This document shows, piece after piece, positions 21,308 through 29,717 of a stretch of 64,000 nt of DNA (positions are counted from its first letter, which is position 1; every line of letters begins with the position of its first letter). This DNA comes from a candidate division FCPU426 bacterium. Lineage in GTDB: Bacteria > Oederibacteriota > Muellerivitia > Muellerivitales > Muellerivitaceae. Below the pieces are notes generated by a model. The model did no database searches. It worked only from the letters and a program-made list of their open reading frames with translations, and was not told the DNA's origin. Location: assembly GCA_963830915.1 (NCBI GenBank), contig CAWHOE010000019.1, positions 53,631 through 117,630 on the forward strand, written 5' to 3'. The translations under genes and the position numbers were made by a program.

Positions 21308-23010
21308 GAAGTCCGGCGTCGGCGCGCGGGAGCAAAACCCTTAGCTGGGTCCTCTTCCTATCCCTGGGCATATTGGGTATCTGGCATTTCCACGACAGCG
21401 AGTTCCTTTCCAACTTCCAGGTCGTTCCCGGCGGGCGGGGGGATAACCGTTTGGTTTGCGCCCTTTTGGAATATACCCATCACGCTTTCCTGGGCGCCGG
21501 CCATTATTTTTCCCCCGCCTTTTACTTTCCCTCGGACCGCACCTTGGGCTATTCGGACGCTTATCTGTCCCACGCCGTTCTTTTCCATTTCCTGAGGACC
21601 ATGAAACTGGACCTCTTCTCCAGCTATCAGATCTGCGTGCTGGTCTTCAATATCCTCAACTATCTTTTCTGTTTCCTGATGCTTCGAAAGGGGTTCAACT
21701 TCGGATGGGCCGCTTCCTCGGTCGGCGCTTTCCTCTTCGCTTTCAACGCTCCCAAATTCAACCAGATCAGCCATACCCAACTCCAGTTCCTGTGTTGTCT
21801 GCCGCTGGCGGTCTGGGCCCTGGCCGAGTGGGTCAAAGGCGCGGGGAAGATGGGACAGGTCAAGGCGTTCTGGCTTCTTTCCGCCGCGGGGCTATGCCTG
21901 AACCTGCAATTGATGACCGCTTTCTATCCGGCCTGGTTCTTCCTTTTCTGGATGAGCCTGTTTTTCCTTCTTTCCCTTTGTCTCAAATCCACCCGGCAAT
22001 ATTTGGCCGGACTCCTCAAGAGCTATTGGCAAGCGCTGACCGGCGCGGCCATCGTTTTTCTGGCGGGGCTCATCCCATTCCTTTGGCTTTATCTTCCGGT
22101 CGCCCGGGACCTGGGCGGGAAGGATTACAGCGAGGTCAAGATGATGATCCCGACCTTGGGGTCGTTCCTGTGGATGGGTCCGGGGCACAAAGTCTGGGGA
22201 AGGTTGTGGGACCAGTGGTCTGTTTTCCAATCCTTTCCTATCGAGAATGAGGCGAGGATGGGTTTTGGATTGGCGCTATCGGCCATTATTTTAGTCGCCG
22301 CTTTTGCAGCTTTATGGATCGTTAAAAATTTGAAAAATAAAAAAAAGAACCGATTTCTTAAGACCGTTTACGATGAAGCCGGAGAAAACAAAACCCTGTT
22401 CATGGTTCTAACTACCGTGACCACCGTTCTTTTTTGCGTGATCGCCTGCCAGTATCCCGGTGACTTTTCACCCTGGCGTTGGGTGTTCGATCTGGTGCCG
22501 GGGGCCCAGAGCGTACGGGCTGTTTCCCGTTACGCCATATTCCTGGCGTTGCCCCTTTCCATCATCCTGGCTTTTATCCTGGATGGCCTTCTAAAACACG
22601 CTGGTCGGTCCGCTCTCGTAAAGAAAAAGACGGTCCTTTACGGCCTGACCATTTTCGCGGCGGGGTTCATCGTTCTTGAGCAGACCGCCTTGCCGTCCTG
22701 GAATGGGTTCGAGAAAACGAAGGAACTTTACCGGTTGGAATACCTGAGTGAAAAGTTGTACCTCAACTGTCCGATGTTCTATGTCACGGTGGACCCGAGG
22801 GTGCCCTATAACGCCACGGACATCCAATTGGACGCCATGCTCATCTCGGCGGGGACGGGTATCTCGACCTTCAACGGTTATAGCGGGGCCAGCCCGCGTG
22901 ACTGGTGGCTATATCGGGTGCGAAGCCCCAAGTATGGACAGTATGTTAAGAACTGGATGGATCTGCACCAGATCCAACAGCCGGCCTGCGAACTTCATAT
23001 CGATCAGTAA
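21304..23010 (+). CDS. Polytopic membrane protein, probable GT-C/YfhO-like glycosyltransferase
   Basis: Multi-TM; GDNRL, FYFP..TLGYSD, GAFLFAF, RAVSRY, TFNGYSG. TTG at 21304 overlaps the xylG stop; the 21046 start in the ORF track lies inside xylG. Confidence 0.65.
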   Translation: MRSPASARGSKTLSWVLFLSLGILGIWHFHDSEFLSNFQVVPGGRGDNRLVCALLEYTHHAFLGAGHYFSPAFYFPSDRTLGYSDAYLSHAVLFHFLRTMKLDLFSSYQICVLVFNILNYLFCFLMLRKGFNFGWAASSVGAFLFAFNAPKFNQISHTQLQFLCCLPLAVWALAEWVKGAGKMGQVKAFWLLSAAGLCLNLQLMTAFYPAWFFLFWMSLFFLLSLCLKSTRQYLAGLLKSYWQALTGAAIVFLAGLIPFLWLYLPVARDLGGKDYSEVKMMIPTLGSFLWMGPGHKVWGRLWDQWSVFQSFPIENEARMGFGLALSAIILVAAFAALWIVKNLKNKKKNRFLKTVYDEAGENKTLFMVLTTVTTVLFCVIACQYPGDFSPWRWVFDLVPGAQSVRAVSRYAIFLALPLSIILAFILDGLLKHAGRSALVKKKTVLYGLTIFAAGFIVLEQTALPSWNGFEKTKELYRLEYLSEKLYLNCPMFYVTVDPRVPYNATDIQLDAMLISAGTGISTFNGYSGASPRDWWLYRVRSPKYGQYVKNWMDLHQIQQPACELHIDQ

Positions 23011-23030
23011 ATAACAGGAGGGAAGCATCC

Positions 23031-24128
23031 ATGGAAGCGACAAAGAAAGGTTTCAATATCCCCTGGCGGGCGCTCACGATGGTGGGGGCCCTGGCCCTGA
23101 TCTGGATTCTCTTTTCCATCACCACCGGCGGAACCTTCCTCATTCCCCGGAATCTTTCCCTTCTCATGCGCCAGACGGCGGTCACTTCCATCCTGGCGGT
23201 GGCCATGGTGCTGGTCATCGTGGCGGGCCAGATCGACCTTTCGGTCGGGGCCATGTGCGGTTTCCTGGGGGCTGTTTCCGCCGTGTTGTTCATCGACCAC
23301 TCTTGGCCCCTTTGGGCGGCCCTGGCGGCCACCCTGCTTCTGGGCGCCCTGTTCGGCCATCTCCAGGGAAGGCTGGTGACCTGGTTCAACATCCCGCCTT
23401 TCATCGTGACCCTGGGAGGGATGCTGGTTTTCCAGGGTTCCCTTCTGGGTATCACCGGCGGGGTGGCCATCAGTCCCACGCCCGATTATCTCTATATCGG
23501 CCAGGCTTATCTGCCCAAGATGGTGGGCTGGGGTTTGGCGGGATTGCTTATCCTTCTGTTCCTCTATAAGGCCCTGAAGTCCAAATCCCTCGCCAGGTGG
23601 ACCTGGGTAGGGTTGGCGGTCATCACGGCGGTATTCACCACGATCATGAATTCCTACGAGGGTGTCCCAATCCCGGTCCTGTTGATGCTCACCCTCGCCA
23701 CGGTCTTTTCCATTGTGGCTAACTACACCCCTTACGGACGGCACCTCTACGCTATCGGGGGCAACCGGGAAGCGGCCTTTTATTCCGGTATCAACATCGA
23801 GAAACATCTGGTGATGGTCTTTACCCTGATGGGATTGATGGCGGGGGTGGCGGGTATCGTCTTGACGGCCAGGGTGGGCGCCGCGACCTCGGACGCCGGT
23901 AGGATGATGGAGTTGGACGCCATCGCCGCCGCGGTCATCGGAGGGACATCGCTGATGGGAGGACGCGGTACGGTTTGGGGCGCCATCCTGGGAGCTCTGG
24001 TCATGGCGTCTTTGGATAACGGCATGAGCCTGATGAACACCGAGGCCTTCTGGCAGCCCATCATCAAGGGAAGCATTCTTATCACCGCGGTGGCGTTGGA
24101 TATGGCGGGTCGAAAAGGGAAGAACTAA
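23031..24128 (+). CDS. xylH: Xylose ABC transporter permease
   Basis: IDLSVG, IPPFIVTLGG, YAIGGN, ELDAIAAAVIGGTSL. Confidence 0.92.
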   Translation: MEATKKGFNIPWRALTMVGALALIWILFSITTGGTFLIPRNLSLLMRQTAVTSILAVAMVLVIVAGQIDLSVGAMCGFLGAVSAVLFIDHSWPLWAALAATLLLGALFGHLQGRLVTWFNIPPFIVTLGGMLVFQGSLLGITGGVAISPTPDYLYIGQAYLPKMVGWGLAGLLILLFLYKALKSKSLARWTWVGLAVITAVFTTIMNSYEGVPIPVLLMLTLATVFSIVANYTPYGRHLYAIGGNREAAFYSGINIEKHLVMVFTLMGLMAGVAGIVLTARVGAATSDAGRMMELDAIAAAVIGGTSLMGGRGTVWGAILGALVMASLDNGMSLMNTEAFWQPIIKGSILITAVALDMAGRKGKN

Positions 24129-24145
24129 CAACCAAGATTAAATCA

Positions 24146-24304
24146 GCCACCGATTAACACCGATGAATATGATTTCAAAAAACAAATTTTAATATTGGCA
24201 AAATTTTAATCTGTGTTCATCTGTGTTTATCTGTGGCGAAAATTTCGTTCGGTGTTTTTATCAAAAAATCTTTACTCTGTGTGACTCCGTGCGACTCTGT
24301 GGTT
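24146..24304. repeat. 10-bp-period inverted repeat pair plus an orphan arm
   Basis: CCACCGATTAACACCGATGAA ... ATCTGTGTTCATCTGTGTTTATCTGTGG (24146-24237), then ACTCTGTGTGACTCCGTGCGACTCTGTGGTT (24274-24304). Confidence 0.8.
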
Positions 24305-24322
24305 CAATTTGTTTGGTGTTTT

Positions 24323-25192
24323 TTAAAGCGGTTTTCGCTGGCCGATCATGTCCGATATGACCACATCCGGGTGGTGGTACCGCTTCCCGCCAGCGGTGTT
24401 ATCGCCGAACTGAAGGGAACCATTGGGGCACCATTGCAGACAGGCGAAACATTGCTCGCATTCGTGCAGCCAGACCGGGCCGCCTATCTCCATATCGATA
24501 TTTCCCACAGGGCATATCTCCACGCAGATCCCGCAACAGATGCAGTCGTCGTCCCTGTAAAAATTCCCATCCAAGGTCGGCAGGGTTTGCCAGATATCCC
24601 GGCGGGTCTCACCCGCCAGTAGGACCGAGCCTGGAACGTAATCCAAAACGTTCCCTTTTTTAGGAGCGGGCTCCCGCTTGGGGCCGGTCCGGGTCCAAAG
24701 GGTGGTCTCGAAGGGGCCTTTCTGTTTGGCGTTCACGGCCTTGATGATCGCGTCCCTTTTGAGTTCCCAATCGTCGAACATCTTGAGCTTTTCTTCCCGG
24801 GTCAATTCCAAGAGGGTCCCGTCGGTGGTCAGATAGTTGTAGGGCATTTTCACGGCCCAGCCGGCCGACAGCAGGCCTCCATGGGGCCGAATGAGGGTCC
24901 GCAAGTAACGGACCGCGGCGCCTGGGCCCAGACCGCCGTAGGTGCAGACAGCGAAAACATAGGGGTCGCCAAGGAATTGGGTTTTCTCGATGAAGTTCCG
25001 CATGATGACGGGAAGGCCCGAATGGTAGACCGGAAAGACGATGCCCGTCACATCCGCGTCGATGATGACGGTGTCCTCGTTATTCATCGCCCAGGAGATG
25101 GGGATGAGCTTCGCCTTCATTTTGTTCGCCAGGTCCCTGGCCACCGCCAGGGAATTTCCAGTGCCTGAGAAGTAGTAGATCTCTCTCAGCAT
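24323..25192 (-). CDS. EFR1-family ferrodoxin (flavodoxin-like plus 2x[4Fe-4S])
   Basis: YYFSGTGNS, GIVFPVY, MPYNY, CICCGICVEICP, CEQCFACLQWCP, RYHHP. Confidence 0.9.
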   Translation of the reverse strand: MLREIYYFSGTGNSLAVARDLANKMKAKLIPISWAMNNEDTVIIDADVTGIVFPVYHSGLPVIMRNFIEKTQFLGDPYVFAVCTYGGLGPGAAVRYLRTLIRPHGGLLSAGWAVKMPYNYLTTDGTLLELTREEKLKMFDDWELKRDAIIKAVNAKQKGPFETTLWTRTGPKREPAPKKGNVLDYVPGSVLLAGETRRDIWQTLPTLDGNFYRDDDCICCGICVEICPVGNIDMEIGGPVWLHECEQCFACLQWCPNGSLQFGDNTAGGKRYHHPDVVISDMIGQRKPL

Positions 25193-25398
25193 CGAAATAC
25201 CCCCATCGAATTCCGGCATTATGCCCTCGCGTTGGAAAGGGCGGCTCGGCGGGCGAATAAAATAGACCTCTTGCCCCCTATTTTACTCTCATATTCCTGG
25301 GCGGAATATTCGACATTTCGGGGTCAAAACTTAGACTAACATTTAACAATGAATGTTCTTGGCAGGCGTATTATATGAATCATATTCAGGAGGTATTT

Positions 25399-25932
25399 AT
25401 GACACCTGGTCAATGTTACATCATCGCCATGGGAACCCTGTTCCTGGTTGTTTTCAGCTGGAAGTTCTCCATCCGGGCCAAGCGATATCACGGCATCGCC
25501 CGGTTCTTCGCTTTCGAGAGCCTTTTGGTCATGATCACCCTCAATTCGGGCCCCTGGTTCCAGGCCCCCGGTATACCCCAACAGATCGTTTCGTGGTTTT
25601 TCCTGGCCATTTCCATATATATGGCCCTTCATGGGGCCTTCTTGCTGGTCAAAATGGGGAAGCCCAAAGGCGACCTGGAAAACACCTCCAAACTGGTGAC
25701 TACCGGTCTTTACAGCCTGATCCGCCACCCCCTTTACGCTTCGTTGGTCTATTTGGGGTTCGGGGCCTTCCTGAAACAGGTCACCCCTGTGACCGTCCTG
25801 TTGGTCGTCATCAACACCATCGCGCTATTCATTACGGCCAAGGTGGAAGAGGGGGAGATGCTCGCTAAGTTCGGGGAGGATTATGGGAACTACATGAAAG
25901 TGACGAAGAGATTCATTCCGTTTGTTTTTTAG
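25399..25932 (+). CDS. Isoprenylcysteine carboxylmethyltransferase (ICMT/PEMT) family membrane protein
   Basis: LVTTGLYSLIRHPLY, EE...FGEDY..Y...TKRFIP; GGAGG RBS before ATG 25399. Confidence 0.9.
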   Translation: MTPGQCYIIAMGTLFLVVFSWKFSIRAKRYHGIARFFAFESLLVMITLNSGPWFQAPGIPQQIVSWFFLAISIYMALHGAFLLVKMGKPKGDLENTSKLVTTGLYSLIRHPLYASLVYLGFGAFLKQVTPVTVLLVVINTIALFITAKVEEGEMLAKFGEDYGNYMKVTKRFIPFVF

Positions 25933-26029
25933 GTGTTTGATAATGAAATATCGCCAACAGAAACCTAATGTTCGAGAAGATATTTGTGAATACTACATTC
26001 TTTGATCCCAACTTCCATAAGGAGATGCA

Positions 26030-27118
26030 ATGAATTTGCAGACTCAAAAATCGTTGGTAATTCTAGCTATTGTTCTTTTTATATGCTCGTGGACTTATGT
26101 TTCCAATGCCGATGAGGCCTTTAATGTTTCTGGGGTTTTGAACAATTACGAAAAAATCCACACTGGACCAGCGACGGATTATGACAAATCATTTCTCGAC
26201 CTGGTAAGAGAATTGGACGAAAATATTGCTAAGTCGCCCCCAAAAAAGATGCTTATTGCGATAGAGCTGGTGAAAAGAGCCTTGAATAAAACCGAGAATA
26301 TGGATAACCGGCGGACCTATTTGAAGATTCTTCATGACGGAAATTATTCCGACGAATTGCATGAGAAAGAACTGGGGGCGCTTGAGTCGGCGGCAGGGGA
26401 TGTCCATGAGGAACTCGGACTAAGAATTCAAGCAATTTTGTTATTACAAGGATCTGCCTATAAAAACAATAGATCTGTCAAAGCGATAGAGAAAGAATTG
26501 GGATTTGAGAGCGTTAAAACGGATACGCATTATCGCACTGGGTTTAATATATTGCTGGCTAATCATTATGACGATCAAGAAGTAAGAACTTTTCTCTACG
26601 ATTACCTGAAAACAAAAAATTCACCAAACATAAAAATGAAAAAGGATTTAGTCCTCGGGGTTATGGGGATGAAAAAGGATGAAGGGGCTGTTGAAAATAT
26701 TATCGCTTTATTGGACAACCCGAAATTAAAAGGCACCTATACTTTTTCGTACGCCGCTTATGTACTCGGGTATATCGGTGGAGAAAAGGCGACCCGCTAT
26801 TTGATCGGTCTAGTGCCAAAGGTTAAAGATTGGCTTGATCGTGGCATGGTTGTTCAATACATTGGGCTCGCGAAAAACAATTTGGCTCGTGATTTCTTGT
26901 TGGAACAACTAAAAGCTAAAGGCGAAACAATAGCAAGTATAGACATTCTTAACGGGTTTCAATTCCTTGGCGATCCTACCACCATTCCTATCTTGCGGGC
27001 TTTTGAGACTGATCATCAATTGTCAAATGATGAAAAAGAATTATTGGAACGCACGATTAAAATAATCGGCCAAGGTGGAAGAGGGGGAGATGCTCTCCAA
27101 GTTCGGGGAGGATTATAG
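26030..27118 (+). CDS. Secreted HEAT/PBS-lyase-like repeat protein, AT-rich
   Basis: Signal peptide; repeated helical motifs (AAYVLGYIGGEKA, YIGLAKNNLA, FLGDPTTIPIL); AAGGAG RBS; visibly lower GC than the flanks. Confidence 0.65.
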   Translation: MNLQTQKSLVILAIVLFICSWTYVSNADEAFNVSGVLNNYEKIHTGPATDYDKSFLDLVRELDENIAKSPPKKMLIAIELVKRALNKTENMDNRRTYLKILHDGNYSDELHEKELGALESAAGDVHEELGLRIQAILLLQGSAYKNNRSVKAIEKELGFESVKTDTHYRTGFNILLANHYDDQEVRTFLYDYLKTKNSPNIKMKKDLVLGVMGMKKDEGAVENIIALLDNPKLKGTYTFSYAAYVLGYIGGEKATRYLIGLVPKVKDWLDRGMVVQYIGLAKNNLARDFLLEQLKAKGETIASIDILNGFQFLGDPTTIPILRAFETDHQLSNDEKELLERTIKIIGQGGRGGDALQVRGGL

Positions 27119-27164
27119 GAATTACATGAAGGTGACGAAGAGGTTCATACCGTTCGTATTTTAG
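27067..27164 (+). pseudogene. Displaced second copy of the last 98 bp of the ICMT-family gene
   Basis: 89/98 identical to 25835-25932 by manual alignment, including the TAG stop. Confidence 0.9.
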
Positions 27165-27656
27165 GGTTGAATTGGGAAAATCTCTCGTGCTGGTACCAAA
27201 TATTCAGGAAGATATTTTGTGAACACTACATTGTGGGGTGTAACAAAAGTCTTTCCGTATTTTGTAGCTAGCTGGATAAAATTCCAACCTGCCAGAGAGG
27301 GTTGTAAAGACCAGCAGAGGGTATATTAGTTTCTTTCCATCGCCCCGGCTAAAGAGGGCAACCCGACATAGCTCCAGGGGTAGTTGGAAAAACAGATCTG
27401 CATTCTCCCCAGACAGGAAGAGGGGGGAGGTGTACCTCCAAAAATTGGAAGGTGGGGGTGAACGGAACGACCAATTCCGCCAACGGTTGGCAGAATCCCT
27501 AGAAGAACATGACAAATTAGGGTTCTGGTTGGAGCGGTTTTATAACAGTGTTATAAAACCAGTGCTAGTTAGGCATAGACCGTAGGTTCGCTTTTAGTCC
27601 GTTTTTAGGAATGGATTAGAGGCATGAGTTTATTTCCGAGATGGCCCGAAATTTCA

Positions 27657-28260
27657 TTTCCTGTAAACACCCATGCCCTGAAGCCCCAAGGCGAGTGGTG
27701 TGTTTCCTGTAAACAGGTCCCCAATTTCTGTAAACGACCCTGTAAATCCTGTAAACAGATGGGTGATTCCTGTAAACGGGCCTGTAAATCCTGTAAACAA
27801 ACCTACCATGAGCCCCCAAGGCGAGTGGCGCGGTTTGGTTGTACCAACTACTTGAAGCAGTTGGTAACCAGGCTGTTTCCAGTAAACTCTAGCGTTTTCC
27901 AGTAAACAGCGGAGGCATTTCCAGTAAACACCCGAATTTTCCAGTAAACAAAACCAGTAAATCCAGTAAACAACAGCCTGTTTCCAGTAAACAACAGCCT
28001 GTTTCCAGTAAACAACAGCCTGTTTCCAGTAAACAAACTCCTATTTCCTGTAAATCCCGTAAACAAAGTCCCTATTTCCAGTAAACAAAACCGGTAAATC
28101 CAGTAAACGACAGCCCGTTTCCAGTAAACTCTCGCGTTTTCCAGTAAACGCCGGAGGCATTTCCAGTAAACAAACCAGTAAATCCAGTAAACACACCTGC
28201 ATGAGCCCCCAAGGCGAGTGGCGCGGTTTGGTTGTACCAACTGCTTGGAGCAGTTGGTAA
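27657..28260. repeat. Phased short-repeat array (27 CC[A/T]GTAAA[C/T]-type motifs, about 21-bp period) with 61-bp hairpin-containing direct repeats
   Basis: TTTCCAGTAAAC plus 8-10 nt variable linkers. The 61-bp repeat is at 27807-27867 and 28200-28260 (2 mismatches), with a partial copy at 27682-27698. Confidence 0.95.
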
Positions 28261-28330
28261 AGTCCCATTGGCACGATCAAGGATTAGGTCCGGCCGGAAT
28301 CGAACCAAGGACGATAGGTTTAAAATTCGC

Positions 28331-28373
28331 TTGCCGAAGGAAGATTTTAGGCTTATAAATGTAAACGCTTACA
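28331..28373 (+). promoter_or_regulatory. xylA sigma70 promoter with adjacent LacI-type operator
   Basis: TTGCCG, 17-bp spacer, TATAAA, directly followed by the near-palindrome TGTAAACGCTTACA (28360-28373); a LacI gene follows xylA. Confidence 0.75.
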
Positions 28374-28405
28374 AATAATTACATTATTTTTACATCGGAG
28401 GAGTT

Positions 28406-29572
28406 ATGGCCAGCTTTAAACCCAAAAAGGAACATCGTTTCTCATTCGGTCTATGGTGCACCGCCAACCGGGGGGCGGACCCCTTCGGCGAGGCCACCCG
28501 TGAGCGCCTGGACGCGGTCAAGAACATCATCGAACTGGGCAAGCGCAACGTCTACGCCTTCAACTTCCACGATGACGACCTCATCCCATTCGGGGCTTCC
28601 TTGCAGGTTCGCAACAAGATCATCAAGGCCACCAAGAAGGCCATGAACGATTACGACATCAAATGCGGTATGGCGACCACCAATCTTTTCTACCACCGGG
28701 TCTTCAAGGACGGGGCCTTCACCAGCCATGACCCGAAGGTTCGGGCCTACGCTGTCCAGAAGGTCATGAAGAACATGGAACTAGGCGCTGAATTGGGCGC
28801 CAAGATCTATGTGTTCTGGGGCGGGCGGGAAGGGACGGAAGTGGACGCTTCCAAGACCCCGGATGAGGCCTTGAAGCGGTACAGGGAATGCATGAACTTC
28901 CTCTGCTCTTACAACCGTCAACAAGGTTTCGGTTATCGGTTCGCCATCGAGCCCAAACCCAACGAACCCAGAGGGGATATCTTCCTGGCCACGACGGGCC
29001 ACGTCATGGCTTTCATCGATACTTTGGATTATCCCGAGATGGTCGGGGTCAACCCGGAGATAGAACATTCCCGAATGGCCAACCTGAATACTTATCACGA
29101 CTTCGCGCAGGCTATGGAAGCGGGCAAACTTTATCACGTGGACCTGGGAGCCCAGAAGCCGGGAAGGTTCGACCAGGACTTGAGGTTCGGTTCGGAAGAC
29201 ATCAAGGAAACTTTCTTCGTTGTGAAATTGTTGGAAGACAACAACTGGCCCGGAACCAGGAATTTCGACGAGCATCCTTACCGCAGTGAGGACGAGAAGG
29301 GGGTTTGGGATTTCGTGGAAGGAAGCATGAAGACCTATCTTATCCTCTGGGACAAGGTGAAACAGTTCAACGCGGACAAGAAGGTCCAGCAGATCCTAAA
29401 GGCCATCCATGGTTCGGACCCCAATCTGGAAAATATCATGAAGCGTTATTCGGCGGAGGGGGCGGACAAGCTGAAGAAATACAGCTTCGACCCGGCGGCC
29501 CTGGCGAAGAAGAAGTTGCCTTATGAGGAATTGGACCAGCGGACGCAAGAGATACTGATGGGAGTTGTCTAA
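28406..29572 (+). CDS. xylA: Xylose isomerase (class I, short type)
   Basis: FSFGLW, FHDDDL, WGGREG, EPKPNEPRGD, NPE..H, FDQDL. Confidence 0.95.
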   Translation: MASFKPKKEHRFSFGLWCTANRGADPFGEATRERLDAVKNIIELGKRNVYAFNFHDDDLIPFGASLQVRNKIIKATKKAMNDYDIKCGMATTNLFYHRVFKDGAFTSHDPKVRAYAVQKVMKNMELGAELGAKIYVFWGGREGTEVDASKTPDEALKRYRECMNFLCSYNRQQGFGYRFAIEPKPNEPRGDIFLATTGHVMAFIDTLDYPEMVGVNPEIEHSRMANLNTYHDFAQAMEAGKLYHVDLGAQKPGRFDQDLRFGSEDIKETFFVVKLLEDNNWPGTRNFDEHPYRSEDEKGVWDFVEGSMKTYLILWDKVKQFNADKKVQQILKAIHGSDPNLENIMKRYSAEGADKLKKYSFDPAALAKKKLPYEELDQRTQEILMGVV

Positions 29573-29587
29573 AGTAAAACATTATTG

Positions 29588-29694
29588 AACCACCAAGGCA
29601 CCAAGGGCACCAAGAACAGCGAAAAACATCTGGGTTTAAAAAAAGATTATAAAAATTCTTTGCCTTACTTGGTGCCCTTGGTGCCTTGGTGGTT
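29588..29694. repeat. Inverted pair of CACCAAGG tandem repeats around an AT-rich core
   Basis: AACCACCAAGGCACCAAGGGCACCAAG ... CTTGGTGCCCTTGGTGCCTTGGTGGTT. Confidence 0.9.
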
Positions 29695-29717
29695 AAAACT
29701 TTTTGAGGTTAATTTTT

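Noticed and set aside
27657..28260. CRISPR or TIGR array
   Set aside because: The 12-bp repeat and 8-10 nt linkers are too short for CRISPR, linkers recur, there is no regular alternation of two repeats, and no cas or Nop-domain gene is present.
27616..28308. Short ORFs over the array (Cys-rich 27624-27905; FTG/YWK-repeat frames)
   Set aside because: CxxCK and FTGN patterns are by-products of the DNA motif; spacing shifts frame repeatedly and no convincing RBS was seen.
28287..28330. tRNA-like fragment (GGTTCGATTCC on the minus strand)
   Set aside because: Only the T-loop matches; the T-stem is weak and the anticodon and D stems do not pair. At most a decayed remnant; a tRNAscan-SE or ARAGORN hit would reopen it.
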